Origin: a bacterium | Lineage (GTDB): Bacteria; Bacteroidota; Bacteroidia; Bacteroidales; UBA932 | Assembly: GCA_963604895.1 (NCBI GenBank) | Contig: CAVCSJ010000001.1 | Location: 1-51,054 of the forward strand | Reading direction: 5' to 3' | DNA length: 51,054 nucleotides | Notes under the pieces: generated by a model | Seen by the model: the letters and a program-made list of their open reading frames with translations, nothing else | What the model was told of the DNA's origin: nothing | The model's database searches: none | Shown here: one piece after another, positions 9,705-17,858 of the stretch | Position numbering within the stretch: the first letter of the stretch is position 1 | How the letters are laid out: the number at the start of each line of letters is the position of its first letter | Made by a program: the position numbers and the translations under genes

Positions 9705-10703
9705 ATGCTGTCTGAACTCAAGGTAAAATTCCGCACTCTGCTGGCCGCGGCACTGGTCTGCATTGCGGCACCTGCCTGCAGCGACCTCATTTACGACGAC
9801 CTGAGCGACTGCCCGGTCTATAAGGTGAAGTTCCGCTACGACTGGAATATGAAGTACGCCGACGCGTTCGCCCACGAGGTGAAAGCGGTAACACTCTATG
9901 TCCTCGACTCGAAGGGCAGCATCGTCTGGTCCCGTTCCGAAAGCGGCGAGGCTCTCGCTGCCGAGGACTATTCAATGGCCGTCAAAGTGCCTGCCGGAAA
10001 GTATGACCTGCTTGCCTGGTGTGACGCCGATGAACTCGGAACATTCACATTCTCGGAGGGTACCGAAAAGACCGCTCTGAAATGCTCTCTTGACAGAAAA
10101 CACGCGAAGGACGGTTCCGCCTACGTCGACAGCGACCTGGACCGCCTCTACTACGGCTTCACTTCCGCGGATTTCACTTCCCGCAAGGGCGAGACCGTGG
10201 CGACCGTGAGCCTGAAGAAGAACACGAACCATTTCCAGGTCGTGCTCCAGCATCTTTCCGGCTCTCCGGTGGATCCTGACCTCTTCGACTTCTCCATCAC
10301 CGACGACAACGCCCTGATGGACTGGGACAACTCCCTGATGGACGGCGGAGACGTCACCTACCGCCCTTGGGCCGTTTATTCCGGAGAAGTCGCTCTGAAC
10401 CGCTCATCTGACGCGCTGAACGTAGCCATCGCCGAATTCACCACCGGCCGCATCGTGCTGGGACACAATCCCCGCCTGAACATCCGCCTGAAGGACAGCG
10501 ACAGGACCGTGATTTCCATCCCGCTCATCGACTATGCTCTTCTGGTAAAGGGAAAATATAACGAAAACCTTGACAATCAGGAATATCTCGACCGTCAGGA
10601 CGAGTACGATATGATCTTCTTCCTCGATGACGGGGAGCGCTGGGTGAACCAGTACATCTATATCAATTCCTGGAAAGTCGTACTTCAGAACGCTGAACTG
10701 TAA
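9705..10703 (+). CDS. FimB/Mfa2-family pilus anchor lipoprotein
   Basis: Lipobox APAC-SDLIYDDLSDC, F.YDWNMKYADAF, QEYLDRQDEY and IYINSWKVV; ATG at 9705 preferred over TTG at 9690. Confidence 0.88.
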   Translation: MLSELKVKFRTLLAAALVCIAAPACSDLIYDDLSDCPVYKVKFRYDWNMKYADAFAHEVKAVTLYVLDSKGSIVWSRSESGEALAAEDYSMAVKVPAGKYDLLAWCDADELGTFTFSEGTEKTALKCSLDRKHAKDGSAYVDSDLDRLYYGFTSADFTSRKGETVATVSLKKNTNHFQVVLQHLSGSPVDPDLFDFSITDDNALMDWDNSLMDGGDVTYRPWAVYSGEVALNRSSDALNVAIAEFTTGRIVLGHNPRLNIRLKDSDRTVISIPLIDYALLVKGKYNENLDNQEYLDRQDEYDMIFFLDDGERWVNQYIYINSWKVVLQNAEL

Positions 10704-12241
10704 TGAAGAACCTTGATGCAATATTCACCTCTGCGGCACGTGTCCTCCTGACACTGGCCCTGGGACTCGTCTGCCTGCAGGGCTGCAGGAAGTCAAGCTC
10801 CCTCGAGCCGGGACCTGACGCTCAGGCGACTATGGTGACATTGCGCATTACCGCCGGAGAGACTCCCGCCACCCGCGTGGACAGCGAAAGCACCGACGCG
10901 GGCGAGAGCTTCGAAAACTACATCGACATCGCTCAGACGCACATTCTCTTCTTCATCGACGACAAATTCAGCGAAGAGTTCATCCCTGAAGCCATCGCTC
11001 CGGTAGGAAACGCGAAATATCCTGTCGAGTGGTCGCTCAGCGGACCTCTCGAGAATGTCCCTGAAGGCGCGTTCAAGGTCGTGATCCTCGCCAACTGCAC
11101 CCTCCCGACACTCACCGCCGGCAGTTCCACCATCGAGGACCTCTGCAAGGCCGCGGTCTACACCGCCTATTCTGAGGGGGCCGCCTCGGCTTTCCAGCCT
11201 TCGGCGTCCAATGTCATCCCTATGTACGGGGTCCGCAGCTATGATTCCGGTCTGGAATTCCGCCGCAACCTCGAAACCGACCTCGGTCAGATCGATCTCC
11301 TGCGCGCGATGGCTAAAGTCATCATCCGCAACACTTCAGGCAAGGCCCTGACCTCAGCCACAGTCAACGGCCTGAATTACAACGGAGCCGCCGCTCCGCT
11401 CGGTCTCTACAAGAATACTTCCGAATGGGATCACGCAAAGACCTACGACAAGCTCGCCGAGTGTCTTGCAGTGCATCTCCCGGGAGAATCCGTTGATAAT
11501 GAGACCTCATCATCTACCCGTTCCGTCGCTCTTGTCGAGACACAAAAGAGCGTCACAGAAGAAGTCTGGACAGGATATTTTCCTGAATACCTGAATGTAA
11601 AGACCAACTCCACGGACGTCAGACGTCCGGACTGCTCTTACATCAGCCTCTCTTTCGAGGGCATCTCCCAGGCCTATCCTGTAGATTTCAGATATTATTC
11701 CACCCCTACGGCTGAAGATGACAATACGCGTTTCGACATCAAGCGCAACCACATCTACGAGTTCGAAATCACAAGTGTGGATTCCTACAGAATGGAACTC
11801 ACTCTCGTCGTCCAGCCGTGGACTGTGAAGGAGTTCTCATATTCCTACAGCGACAATGTGACCGCGAAGGATTCCGGAGCACAGAAATGGACCTGGGCAT
11901 CCGACGGCACCACCGTCCCTGTAAACAGCGACAACAAGAACAAGATGACCTTCTCCAGCGCCGGAAGCATCAACGTGACATTCACCATCGACACTCCTCT
12001 CGGAGCCGACTGGGTTGCAGTGTTCGAGCAGAAGTCCGGTGACCTCAACCACTTCAGCTTCTCCGATACGGGCACTGACCGCACATCGGGCGTCGTGAAG
12101 GGCGAGCCGGTCACACTCACCATAAACCAGAATCCGGAGACCAACGGTATGGCGACTCTTGTCATCTACGCCTATTACGGCAATGTAAGTTTCAAGGCTT
12201 CCTCTGTGCTCGGAGGCGAATATGTATTGGAGAAGTATTAG
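10703..12241 (+). CDS. Type V pilus ancillary lipoprotein
   Basis: Lipobox LQGC, ATR motif, IPMYG, LLRAMAKV and IKRNHIYEFEI pilin motifs. Confidence 0.8.
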   Translation: MKNLDAIFTSAARVLLTLALGLVCLQGCRKSSSLEPGPDAQATMVTLRITAGETPATRVDSESTDAGESFENYIDIAQTHILFFIDDKFSEEFIPEAIAPVGNAKYPVEWSLSGPLENVPEGAFKVVILANCTLPTLTAGSSTIEDLCKAAVYTAYSEGAASAFQPSASNVIPMYGVRSYDSGLEFRRNLETDLGQIDLLRAMAKVIIRNTSGKALTSATVNGLNYNGAAAPLGLYKNTSEWDHAKTYDKLAECLAVHLPGESVDNETSSSTRSVALVETQKSVTEEVWTGYFPEYLNVKTNSTDVRRPDCSYISLSFEGISQAYPVDFRYYSTPTAEDDNTRFDIKRNHIYEFEITSVDSYRMELTLVVQPWTVKEFSYSYSDNVTAKDSGAQKWTWASDGTTVPVNSDNKNKMTFSSAGSINVTFTIDTPLGADWVAVFEQKSGDLNHFSFSDTGTDRTSGVVKGEPVTLTINQNPETNGMATLVIYAYYGNVSFKASSVLGGEYVLEKY

Positions 12242-12250
12242 ACAGAGATT

Positions 12251-14563
12251 ATGACCAGACGTATCTATACATACATATCAGTTCTGCTTTCAGCGGTCCT
12301 CGCGCTGACTTCCTGCGACAAGGAGCCGGTCCTGAACCCTTCTGAAGGCGATACCCTGACACTCTGCCTCTCTCCTGTCCAGATGACGGCCACCAGAGAG
12401 ACCGAGTACGGCACCGAGTCCCTTAACGAGAACGTGATCAGCGGCTTCAAGCTCTATTTCTACAGCGAGAGCTCCGAGACCGCGACAGCGAAGTACATAT
12501 ATCCTGCAAGCGGCCTCGCAAGCGCGGCCAATACGGGAGCGGTCGTGGGCGGTACGAACGGACTGACCGTGGACCCTTCCACAGGAAAAGTCACTCTCAA
12601 GCTCGCTCTCGACAAGACATTGGCTGAATCCCTGTTCTCTTCAGACGCCTCGCACTGCTATGTCTATGCGGTTGCAAATACCGGAAACATCGTAACTCTT
12701 CCTTCCACAGTCGGGGACGCTTCCACCGCGATGGGACAGATAAAGAAACTTTCAGTATTGGCCGATTTCGGCCCTACCGAGACTGTGGACCCTTATGCGG
12801 AGGCTCAGAGCGATTTCGTGATGGACGGTTTCGCTACGCTTGACCGCGACTCTGACAACAACGTCACGGGTACGGTCGCGATGAGCCGCGCCGCCGCGAA
12901 GATCACTTTTACGGTGACGGAGGTCAAGGACGTGGAGGATAAGGACGCTTCGGGCAATGTTACAGGTACCTGGACTGCGCAGACTGACCAGATGCGCGTC
13001 AGCTACCGCAATATCGTGAACCTCGGCCTCATCAACGGGGAGACTGGCAGCGGGGCACGTAAGGACCATTATGCGAATTTCACTTCGGCCCAGGGCAGGA
13101 CTTTGACCGCTTTCACTTCTTCTGAAGGCAAGACCAACTGGACACATTCTCTGCCGTTCTATTCCTATTTCAACTCCTGGACTTCGTCAAGCGATGCCAA
13201 CGCGCCGTATCTGATGCTCCAGCTGCCTTGGAAGTACACGAATAAGTCGGATGGCGCCGAGAGGTATTTCACCTGCTATTATGCCGTGCCTTTCAATTCC
13301 CTGGAGCGCCGCATCGACCGCAACTGCTGGTACAAGGTTTCGCTTTCGGTAAGTATTCTCGGTTCCGGAGATCCTGAAAATCCTACGACGATCTATCCTT
13401 CATATATGGTTCTGCCTTGGGGAGATTCTCCGGTGCTTACGAACGCGCACCTGAAGCGTTACCGCTATCTGCTTGTGGATCAGGACAGTTATGTGATGGA
13501 CAATGTCGATGAGCTCGCCATTCCGTTCTATTCTTCGCACGAAGTGGTGCTGGTAAGTTCCACTATGACCAAGACCATTCTGAAACCTGACTCAGGATAT
13601 AAGCCTTATGAGAAGACTGTAGATGCTTCAGAATACAGCCTCGTTCCTGACAATTCTGCTATCCCTGGAAAGAGTTATGTGAATTTCAAGCATACTCTTG
13701 TGAATGACTATGCCAAGGACTATGATGTCACTGCCTATACCCTTACTTTCACTTTCAAACATAAGGATAATGATGAGTTCACCGAGACGGTAACCATCAC
13801 CCAGTACCCTGCGCTGTATGTGGTCGCTAGTCTCAATTCTGACTGTAGCAATCCCGACAGCGGAACTAGTTCAAGGGGTAACTATAATCACTATGGATAT
13901 ATCTATGTTAATGGTAGTCAGAGTCGTAGTATCGATTGGACTTATGCCAGAGGTCAAGGAACCAATACTGACCCTTATATGTATGTGGTAACCATTAGTT
14001 CTTTGCCTGAAGGAAGTCCGTACATTATTGGTGATCCAAGGACGGAGTCGATTTCTGTTCCAACTATGAGCGGCTCGGGTGGGTATGGAGGTCCAGGTGG
14101 TGGAGGTGGTAGTTCCTCAAGGAGTTGGGCTAATGCTCCAGATATGGACGGCACATCGCGTCAGCTTAAATACTACTATCCTTCAGATACTGATGGATCA
14201 CGTGTCAACTATATGGTTGCGCCATCATTCCGAATAGCTTCTTCTTATGGCGTCGCTTATAATTACTCATATGCTGACGCTCGGAAAAGATGCGCTTCTT
14301 ATCAGGAAGATGGTTATCCGGCCGGCAGATGGAGGATTCCTACAAAAGCTGAAATCGAATATATGGTTATGTTGGCTGATGATGGAAAAATTCCTGAATT
14401 ATTGACTACGGAATCATACTATTGGGGAAGCAATAATACCGCTTATCGTCCTAATGGTGCGACGTCCACCGAGGACTCATATATCCGTTGCGTCTATGAT
14501 GAATGGTATTGGAAGGATAAGTGTGACAAGAGTACTTTCACGTGGGGAGACAAGCAAAGATAA
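12251..14563 (+). CDS. Type V pilus tip/adhesin lipoprotein with a C-terminal C-type-lectin-like domain
   Basis: Lipobox LTSC, ATR motif, MSRAAAKI and IDRNCWYKV; C-terminal RCASYQEDGYPAGRWRIPT.AE...YW...YIRCVYD. Confidence 0.8.
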   Translation: MTRRIYTYISVLLSAVLALTSCDKEPVLNPSEGDTLTLCLSPVQMTATRETEYGTESLNENVISGFKLYFYSESSETATAKYIYPASGLASAANTGAVVGGTNGLTVDPSTGKVTLKLALDKTLAESLFSSDASHCYVYAVANTGNIVTLPSTVGDASTAMGQIKKLSVLADFGPTETVDPYAEAQSDFVMDGFATLDRDSDNNVTGTVAMSRAAAKITFTVTEVKDVEDKDASGNVTGTWTAQTDQMRVSYRNIVNLGLINGETGSGARKDHYANFTSAQGRTLTAFTSSEGKTNWTHSLPFYSYFNSWTSSSDANAPYLMLQLPWKYTNKSDGAERYFTCYYAVPFNSLERRIDRNCWYKVSLSVSILGSGDPENPTTIYPSYMVLPWGDSPVLTNAHLKRYRYLLVDQDSYVMDNVDELAIPFYSSHEVVLVSSTMTKTILKPDSGYKPYEKTVDASEYSLVPDNSAIPGKSYVNFKHTLVNDYAKDYDVTAYTLTFTFKHKDNDEFTETVTITQYPALYVVASLNSDCSNPDSGTSSRGNYNHYGYIYVNGSQSRSIDWTYARGQGTNTDPYMYVVTISSLPEGSPYIIGDPRTESISVPTMSGSGGYGGPGGGGGSSSRSWANAPDMDGTSRQLKYYYPSDTDGSRVNYMVAPSFRIASSYGVAYNYSYADARKRCASYQEDGYPAGRWRIPTKAEIEYMVMLADDGKIPELLTTESYYWGSNNTAYRPNGATSTEDSYIRCVYDEWYWKDKCDKSTFTWGDKQR

Positions 14564-14572
14564 TCGACTGAA

Positions 14573-16543
14573 ATGAAAAGATATATATTCATACTCCTTA
14601 GTCTGGTGGCGATGGGATTGGTTCAGAGCTGCAGCGAAAGATTGGACGTCCCGGATAACGGGACGGCCGAGGGAGAAACTTGCCTGAACTTCTCGGTGAC
14701 CGTGCCGGAGCAGGAGACTGCCACCCGCGCATTGGCCGAGCACATCACGAGTCTCTGGGTGCTCGTATTCGACAGCAACGACTTCTTCGTCGAGGCGAAG
14801 CAGGCCACGCCGGTGGATCCGAACGCCTTCTCGACGGACAAGAACACTGAGTACAAGTTCAGCGTCACCCTGCAGGCGAGTCCGTCGAAGCGTACGCTTC
14901 ACCTTGTCGCGAACTACGATTTCGAAGCGGATCCTCCGAAGTATAACCACGAGTATTACATAATGAGCCACCTGACGAAGAAGATCGGTGAAGAGCATTC
15001 GGAGGCTTATTGGCAGAGAATCATACTCGAGGACGGCATTCCTGTGAATATCAAAGACTTCTCGGATGCTGACAAGGATAAGATAACCAAGATTCCGCTC
15101 GTGCGCAATTTCGCGAAGGTTACCGTGGAGTCGACTGCCGAAAATTTCGAACTGGAAGGTTTCGCCCTCTGGAACGTGCCGGACAGGGGTAGCGTGGCGC
15201 CTTGCGTGATGATGGCTTCTGATTTTGCGGCCTATATTGACGAGACCTCCAGGAACGGACTTAATCCTTGGGTGAGCCGCAGTTACGATGCCCTTTCATC
15301 TTCCTACGATGGAACTTCCACTACGGGATTCGAAGGTTTCCTGCCTGCGGATGTGGCGATAGACACTTCATATCCGGAGGATTCCGAGTTTGCGTCCGAT
15401 GAGACATTTATGTACGAGAGGCCTTATTCCGGGGATGACACGAATACTGCCATCATCGTGAAGGGAAAGTACAAAGGGAATGGTGCTTCCGGAAAATCGA
15501 CATATTTCAAGATTGACTTTGTGAAGGATGTGGATCCGACGACCGGTTTCAACGTCTACTACAATATCCTGCGCAATTTCCTGTACAGCGTTAATATCAA
15601 GAGCTGTACTTCAGACGGTTATTCTTCCCCGCAAGAGGCTGCCACGGCTCCTTCGATGAACAACTTCATCTTCTCCGTGGACACTCAGGACTATACGAAC
15701 ATCTCTGACAATGAGCACCGTATCTTCGTGGAGTATACTGAGAAGACCATCGTGAGCGATGCTTCGGACTTCACCTTCAAGCTGAAGTATGTCCCGGATG
15801 TCAGCAATCCTGACGTAACTGATATCACAAGCATCAAGGTCTGCGACAAGGATACCAAGGTACAGCTTCCTGTAGGACATCCGGACGGCGGCGAGTCTTA
15901 TACTTTCACAGTGGAAGAGTCTCCTGTCGTAAAGTCTGTAAAGATCTCCACCACGGATGCTGAAGGATGGACGACCTTTATTCTGACTCCTCAGCCGATG
16001 CCTGAATCGGGCGAGAGGACTCAGTCGGTGGTTTATTATGTGACGGATCCTGAAGATGAGACAGGAAAGACGCTTCTGGTGGCCCGTACGGTGATTTTCC
16101 ATCTTCGCAAGCCTAGTGAGATGAAGGTCAATATCGGGACTTCCGACACCGGGATTCCTACCGCGGCTTCTACTGAGTTTCTGATGAATCTGTATGTTCC
16201 TTCGGGTCTTAACAAGTCGGTGTTCCCTCTGGAGTTCAAGATCGAGTCTGCGAACAATAATCTTACTCCTGATACTTCCAAGAATGCGGACACATTCAAG
16301 AGCGGATATATGTCCACCTGGTACGGAACCTCGGTCACGGGCAGCGGCAAGCAGACTTTCGGCTTCACCAAGTCCATCACCTATACAGAATATCTGGCTT
16401 TGAATTCGGACGGTGGAAACTCCTACAAGATTCTGCCGTGCGCCTTCAAGACCACCAAGGAGACGACTTCGGGCACGAACAAGGTTTACATCTCGAATCC
16501 TTATTTCACGCCGGATCCGACGGTGTATTCGGTGGAGAGGTGA
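14573..16543 (+). CDS. Type V pilus ancillary lipoprotein
   Basis: Lipobox VQSC, ATR motif, IPLVRNFAKV and ILRNFLYSVNI. Confidence 0.8.
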   Translation: MKRYIFILLSLVAMGLVQSCSERLDVPDNGTAEGETCLNFSVTVPEQETATRALAEHITSLWVLVFDSNDFFVEAKQATPVDPNAFSTDKNTEYKFSVTLQASPSKRTLHLVANYDFEADPPKYNHEYYIMSHLTKKIGEEHSEAYWQRIILEDGIPVNIKDFSDADKDKITKIPLVRNFAKVTVESTAENFELEGFALWNVPDRGSVAPCVMMASDFAAYIDETSRNGLNPWVSRSYDALSSSYDGTSTTGFEGFLPADVAIDTSYPEDSEFASDETFMYERPYSGDDTNTAIIVKGKYKGNGASGKSTYFKIDFVKDVDPTTGFNVYYNILRNFLYSVNIKSCTSDGYSSPQEAATAPSMNNFIFSVDTQDYTNISDNEHRIFVEYTEKTIVSDASDFTFKLKYVPDVSNPDVTDITSIKVCDKDTKVQLPVGHPDGGESYTFTVEESPVVKSVKISTTDAEGWTTFILTPQPMPESGERTQSVVYYVTDPEDETGKTLLVARTVIFHLRKPSEMKVNIGTSDTGIPTAASTEFLMNLYVPSGLNKSVFPLEFKIESANNNLTPDTSKNADTFKSGYMSTWYGTSVTGSGKQTFGFTKSITYTEYLALNSDGGNSYKILPCAFKTTKETTSGTNKVYISNPYFTPDPTVYSVER

Positions 16544-16557
16544 TCGCGCTTTCGGTG

Positions 16558-16596
16558 TCAGAATTCCGCTGTCGGGTTCCGGCGTCGGATTTCTGA
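16558..16596 (+). terminator. Hairpin immediately after the pilus operon
   Basis: TCAGAATTCCG..GTCGG-gtt-CCGGC..CGGATTTCTGA imperfect stem; weak T tract. Confidence 0.45.
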
Positions 16597-16711
16597 ACTG
16601 ACTTTTGGATGCTAAGATTTAACTTTAACAACATAAACAATAGTTCACATAATCTGAACACTTGAAAACAGGCCGTTCTGGCCTATACTTAACAAATCAA
16701 CATTCATTTTT

Positions 16712-16745
16712 GCGGATGGCCGGGATTTCCCTGGCCGTCCGTTTC
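16712..16745 (+). terminator. GC-rich stem-loop between the pilus operon and aquaporin
   Basis: 13-bp stem (with G-U pairs) GCGGATGGCCGGG / CCTGGCCGTCCGT; short T tail. Confidence 0.55.
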
Positions 16746-16831
16746 TCGTTTCCGTACCTTCCTTGCCGCCTTCGGCCCGGACAGAATCCCAAGTTTTGCG
16801 AATAATCGCTCTGTATTTCGATTCTTATTGC

Positions 16832-16839
16832 TACTTTTG
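16832..16839 (+). promoter_or_regulatory. -7 promoter element for aquaporin
   Basis: TACTTTTG about 35 nt before the ATG. Confidence 0.6.
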
Positions 16840-16873
16840 TGTATAAACGTGTAACAAAAACCAGTTATCAATT

Positions 16874-17572
16874 ATGAAAAAGTATTTCGCTGAAATGATC
16901 GGAACTATGGTTCTGGTTCTTATGGGCTGCGGCGCCGCAGTCAGCCTCGGCTGCACCACCGCCATCACCGCAACAGTTGTCGGCACTGCATTCGCATTCG
17001 GACTTGCAGTCGTAGCTATGGCCTACACCATCGGAGGCATCTCCGGTTGCCACATCAACCCGGCCATCACCCTCGCAGTATGGCTCTCCGGCAGAATGAG
17101 CGGCAAGGATGCCATTATGTATGTCATCTTCCAGGTCATCGGCGCCATCATCGGCTCCGCGATCCTCTTCCTGCTCACAGCCAACGTTGAATTCTCCGGC
17201 ACAGGTGCCAATGTCTGCCAGGACGGCGTAAGCCTCTGGGGAGGCCTGCTCGCCGAGGTATTCTTCACCTTCGTATTCGTGCTCGTAGTGCTCGGAACCA
17301 CCGACGAAAAGAAGGGCGCAGGCAACTTCGCCGGCCTTGCAATCGGTCTTTCCCTCATTCTTGTCCACCTCGTATGTATCAGATACACAGGAACATCCGT
17401 TAATCCGGCCCGTTCCATCGGCCCAGCTCTCTTCCAGGGTGGTGACGCTCTGAAGCAGCTCTGGATCTTCATCCTCGGCCCTCTCGCCGGCGGCGCATTC
17501 GCAGCAGGCGTATGGAAGTGGATCGGCGGCGAGTGCTGCTGTTGCTGCTGCAAGAAGGAGAAAGAAGCTTAA
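16874..17572 (+). CDS. aqpZ: MIP-family channel, aquaporin Z-like
   Basis: SGCHINPAIT and TSVNPARS NPA boxes; six hydrophobic helices; AqpZ-like F/H/T/R filter; Cys6 tail. Confidence 0.88.
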   Translation: MKKYFAEMIGTMVLVLMGCGAAVSLGCTTAITATVVGTAFAFGLAVVAMAYTIGGISGCHINPAITLAVWLSGRMSGKDAIMYVIFQVIGAIIGSAILFLLTANVEFSGTGANVCQDGVSLWGGLLAEVFFTFVFVLVVLGTTDEKKGAGNFAGLAIGLSLILVHLVCIRYTGTSVNPARSIGPALFQGGDALKQLWIFILGPLAGGAFAAGVWKWIGGECCCCCCKKEKEA

Positions 17573-17770
17573 TCCTTCGGACGGCTCCGCCGTCCAAGTC
17601 CGTCGCCTCGTGCGTGCCCTCTCGGCTGACTCGGCTTCGCGCGTGGCACTCAAGGCTATGAATCAGCGTTGTTTCGGCAGCCCCGAAGTGACGCTGACTC
17701 TTTGGATAATTCCCCGTCTGCGACCGGGAGGAGGACTAGCCCTAGCCATAGAGTTTTCGGGGCGGGGAAG
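17572..17770. repeat. Cluster of GC-rich REP-like hairpins
   Basis: GGACGGC-tcc-GCCGTCC, TCAGCGT...ACGCTGA (17663-17697) and TTCCCCGTC...GGCGGGGAA stems; start resembles the shared ...TCCAA core. Confidence 0.55.
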
Positions 17771-17792
17771 GACCAAGTAAGAAGATATTTGC

Positions 17793-17800
17793 TATATTTG
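17793..17800 (+). promoter_or_regulatory. -7 promoter element for cls
   Basis: TATATTTG upstream of 17859. Confidence 0.6.
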
Positions 17801-17858
17801 CGATGGTGAGCCGGAGCGGAGACCCGCGGGAAGGCACGCCGCCACTGACCATAATACT

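Noticed and set aside
11197..11214. GCCTTCGGCGTCCAATGT in an ancillary pilin, resembling the repeat core
   Set aside because: It directly precedes the IPMYG pilin motif with no sign of an insertion or flanking arms, so it is probably a coding coincidence.
14280..14563. Diversity-generating retroelement acting on the pilus tip lectin-like domain (or on the FISUMP domain at 49700)
   Set aside because: No reverse transcriptase, Avd-like gene or template repeat was found in the window, and the AAC-rich stretch at 16621-16660 does not align to either candidate variable region. A remote DGR cannot be excluded.
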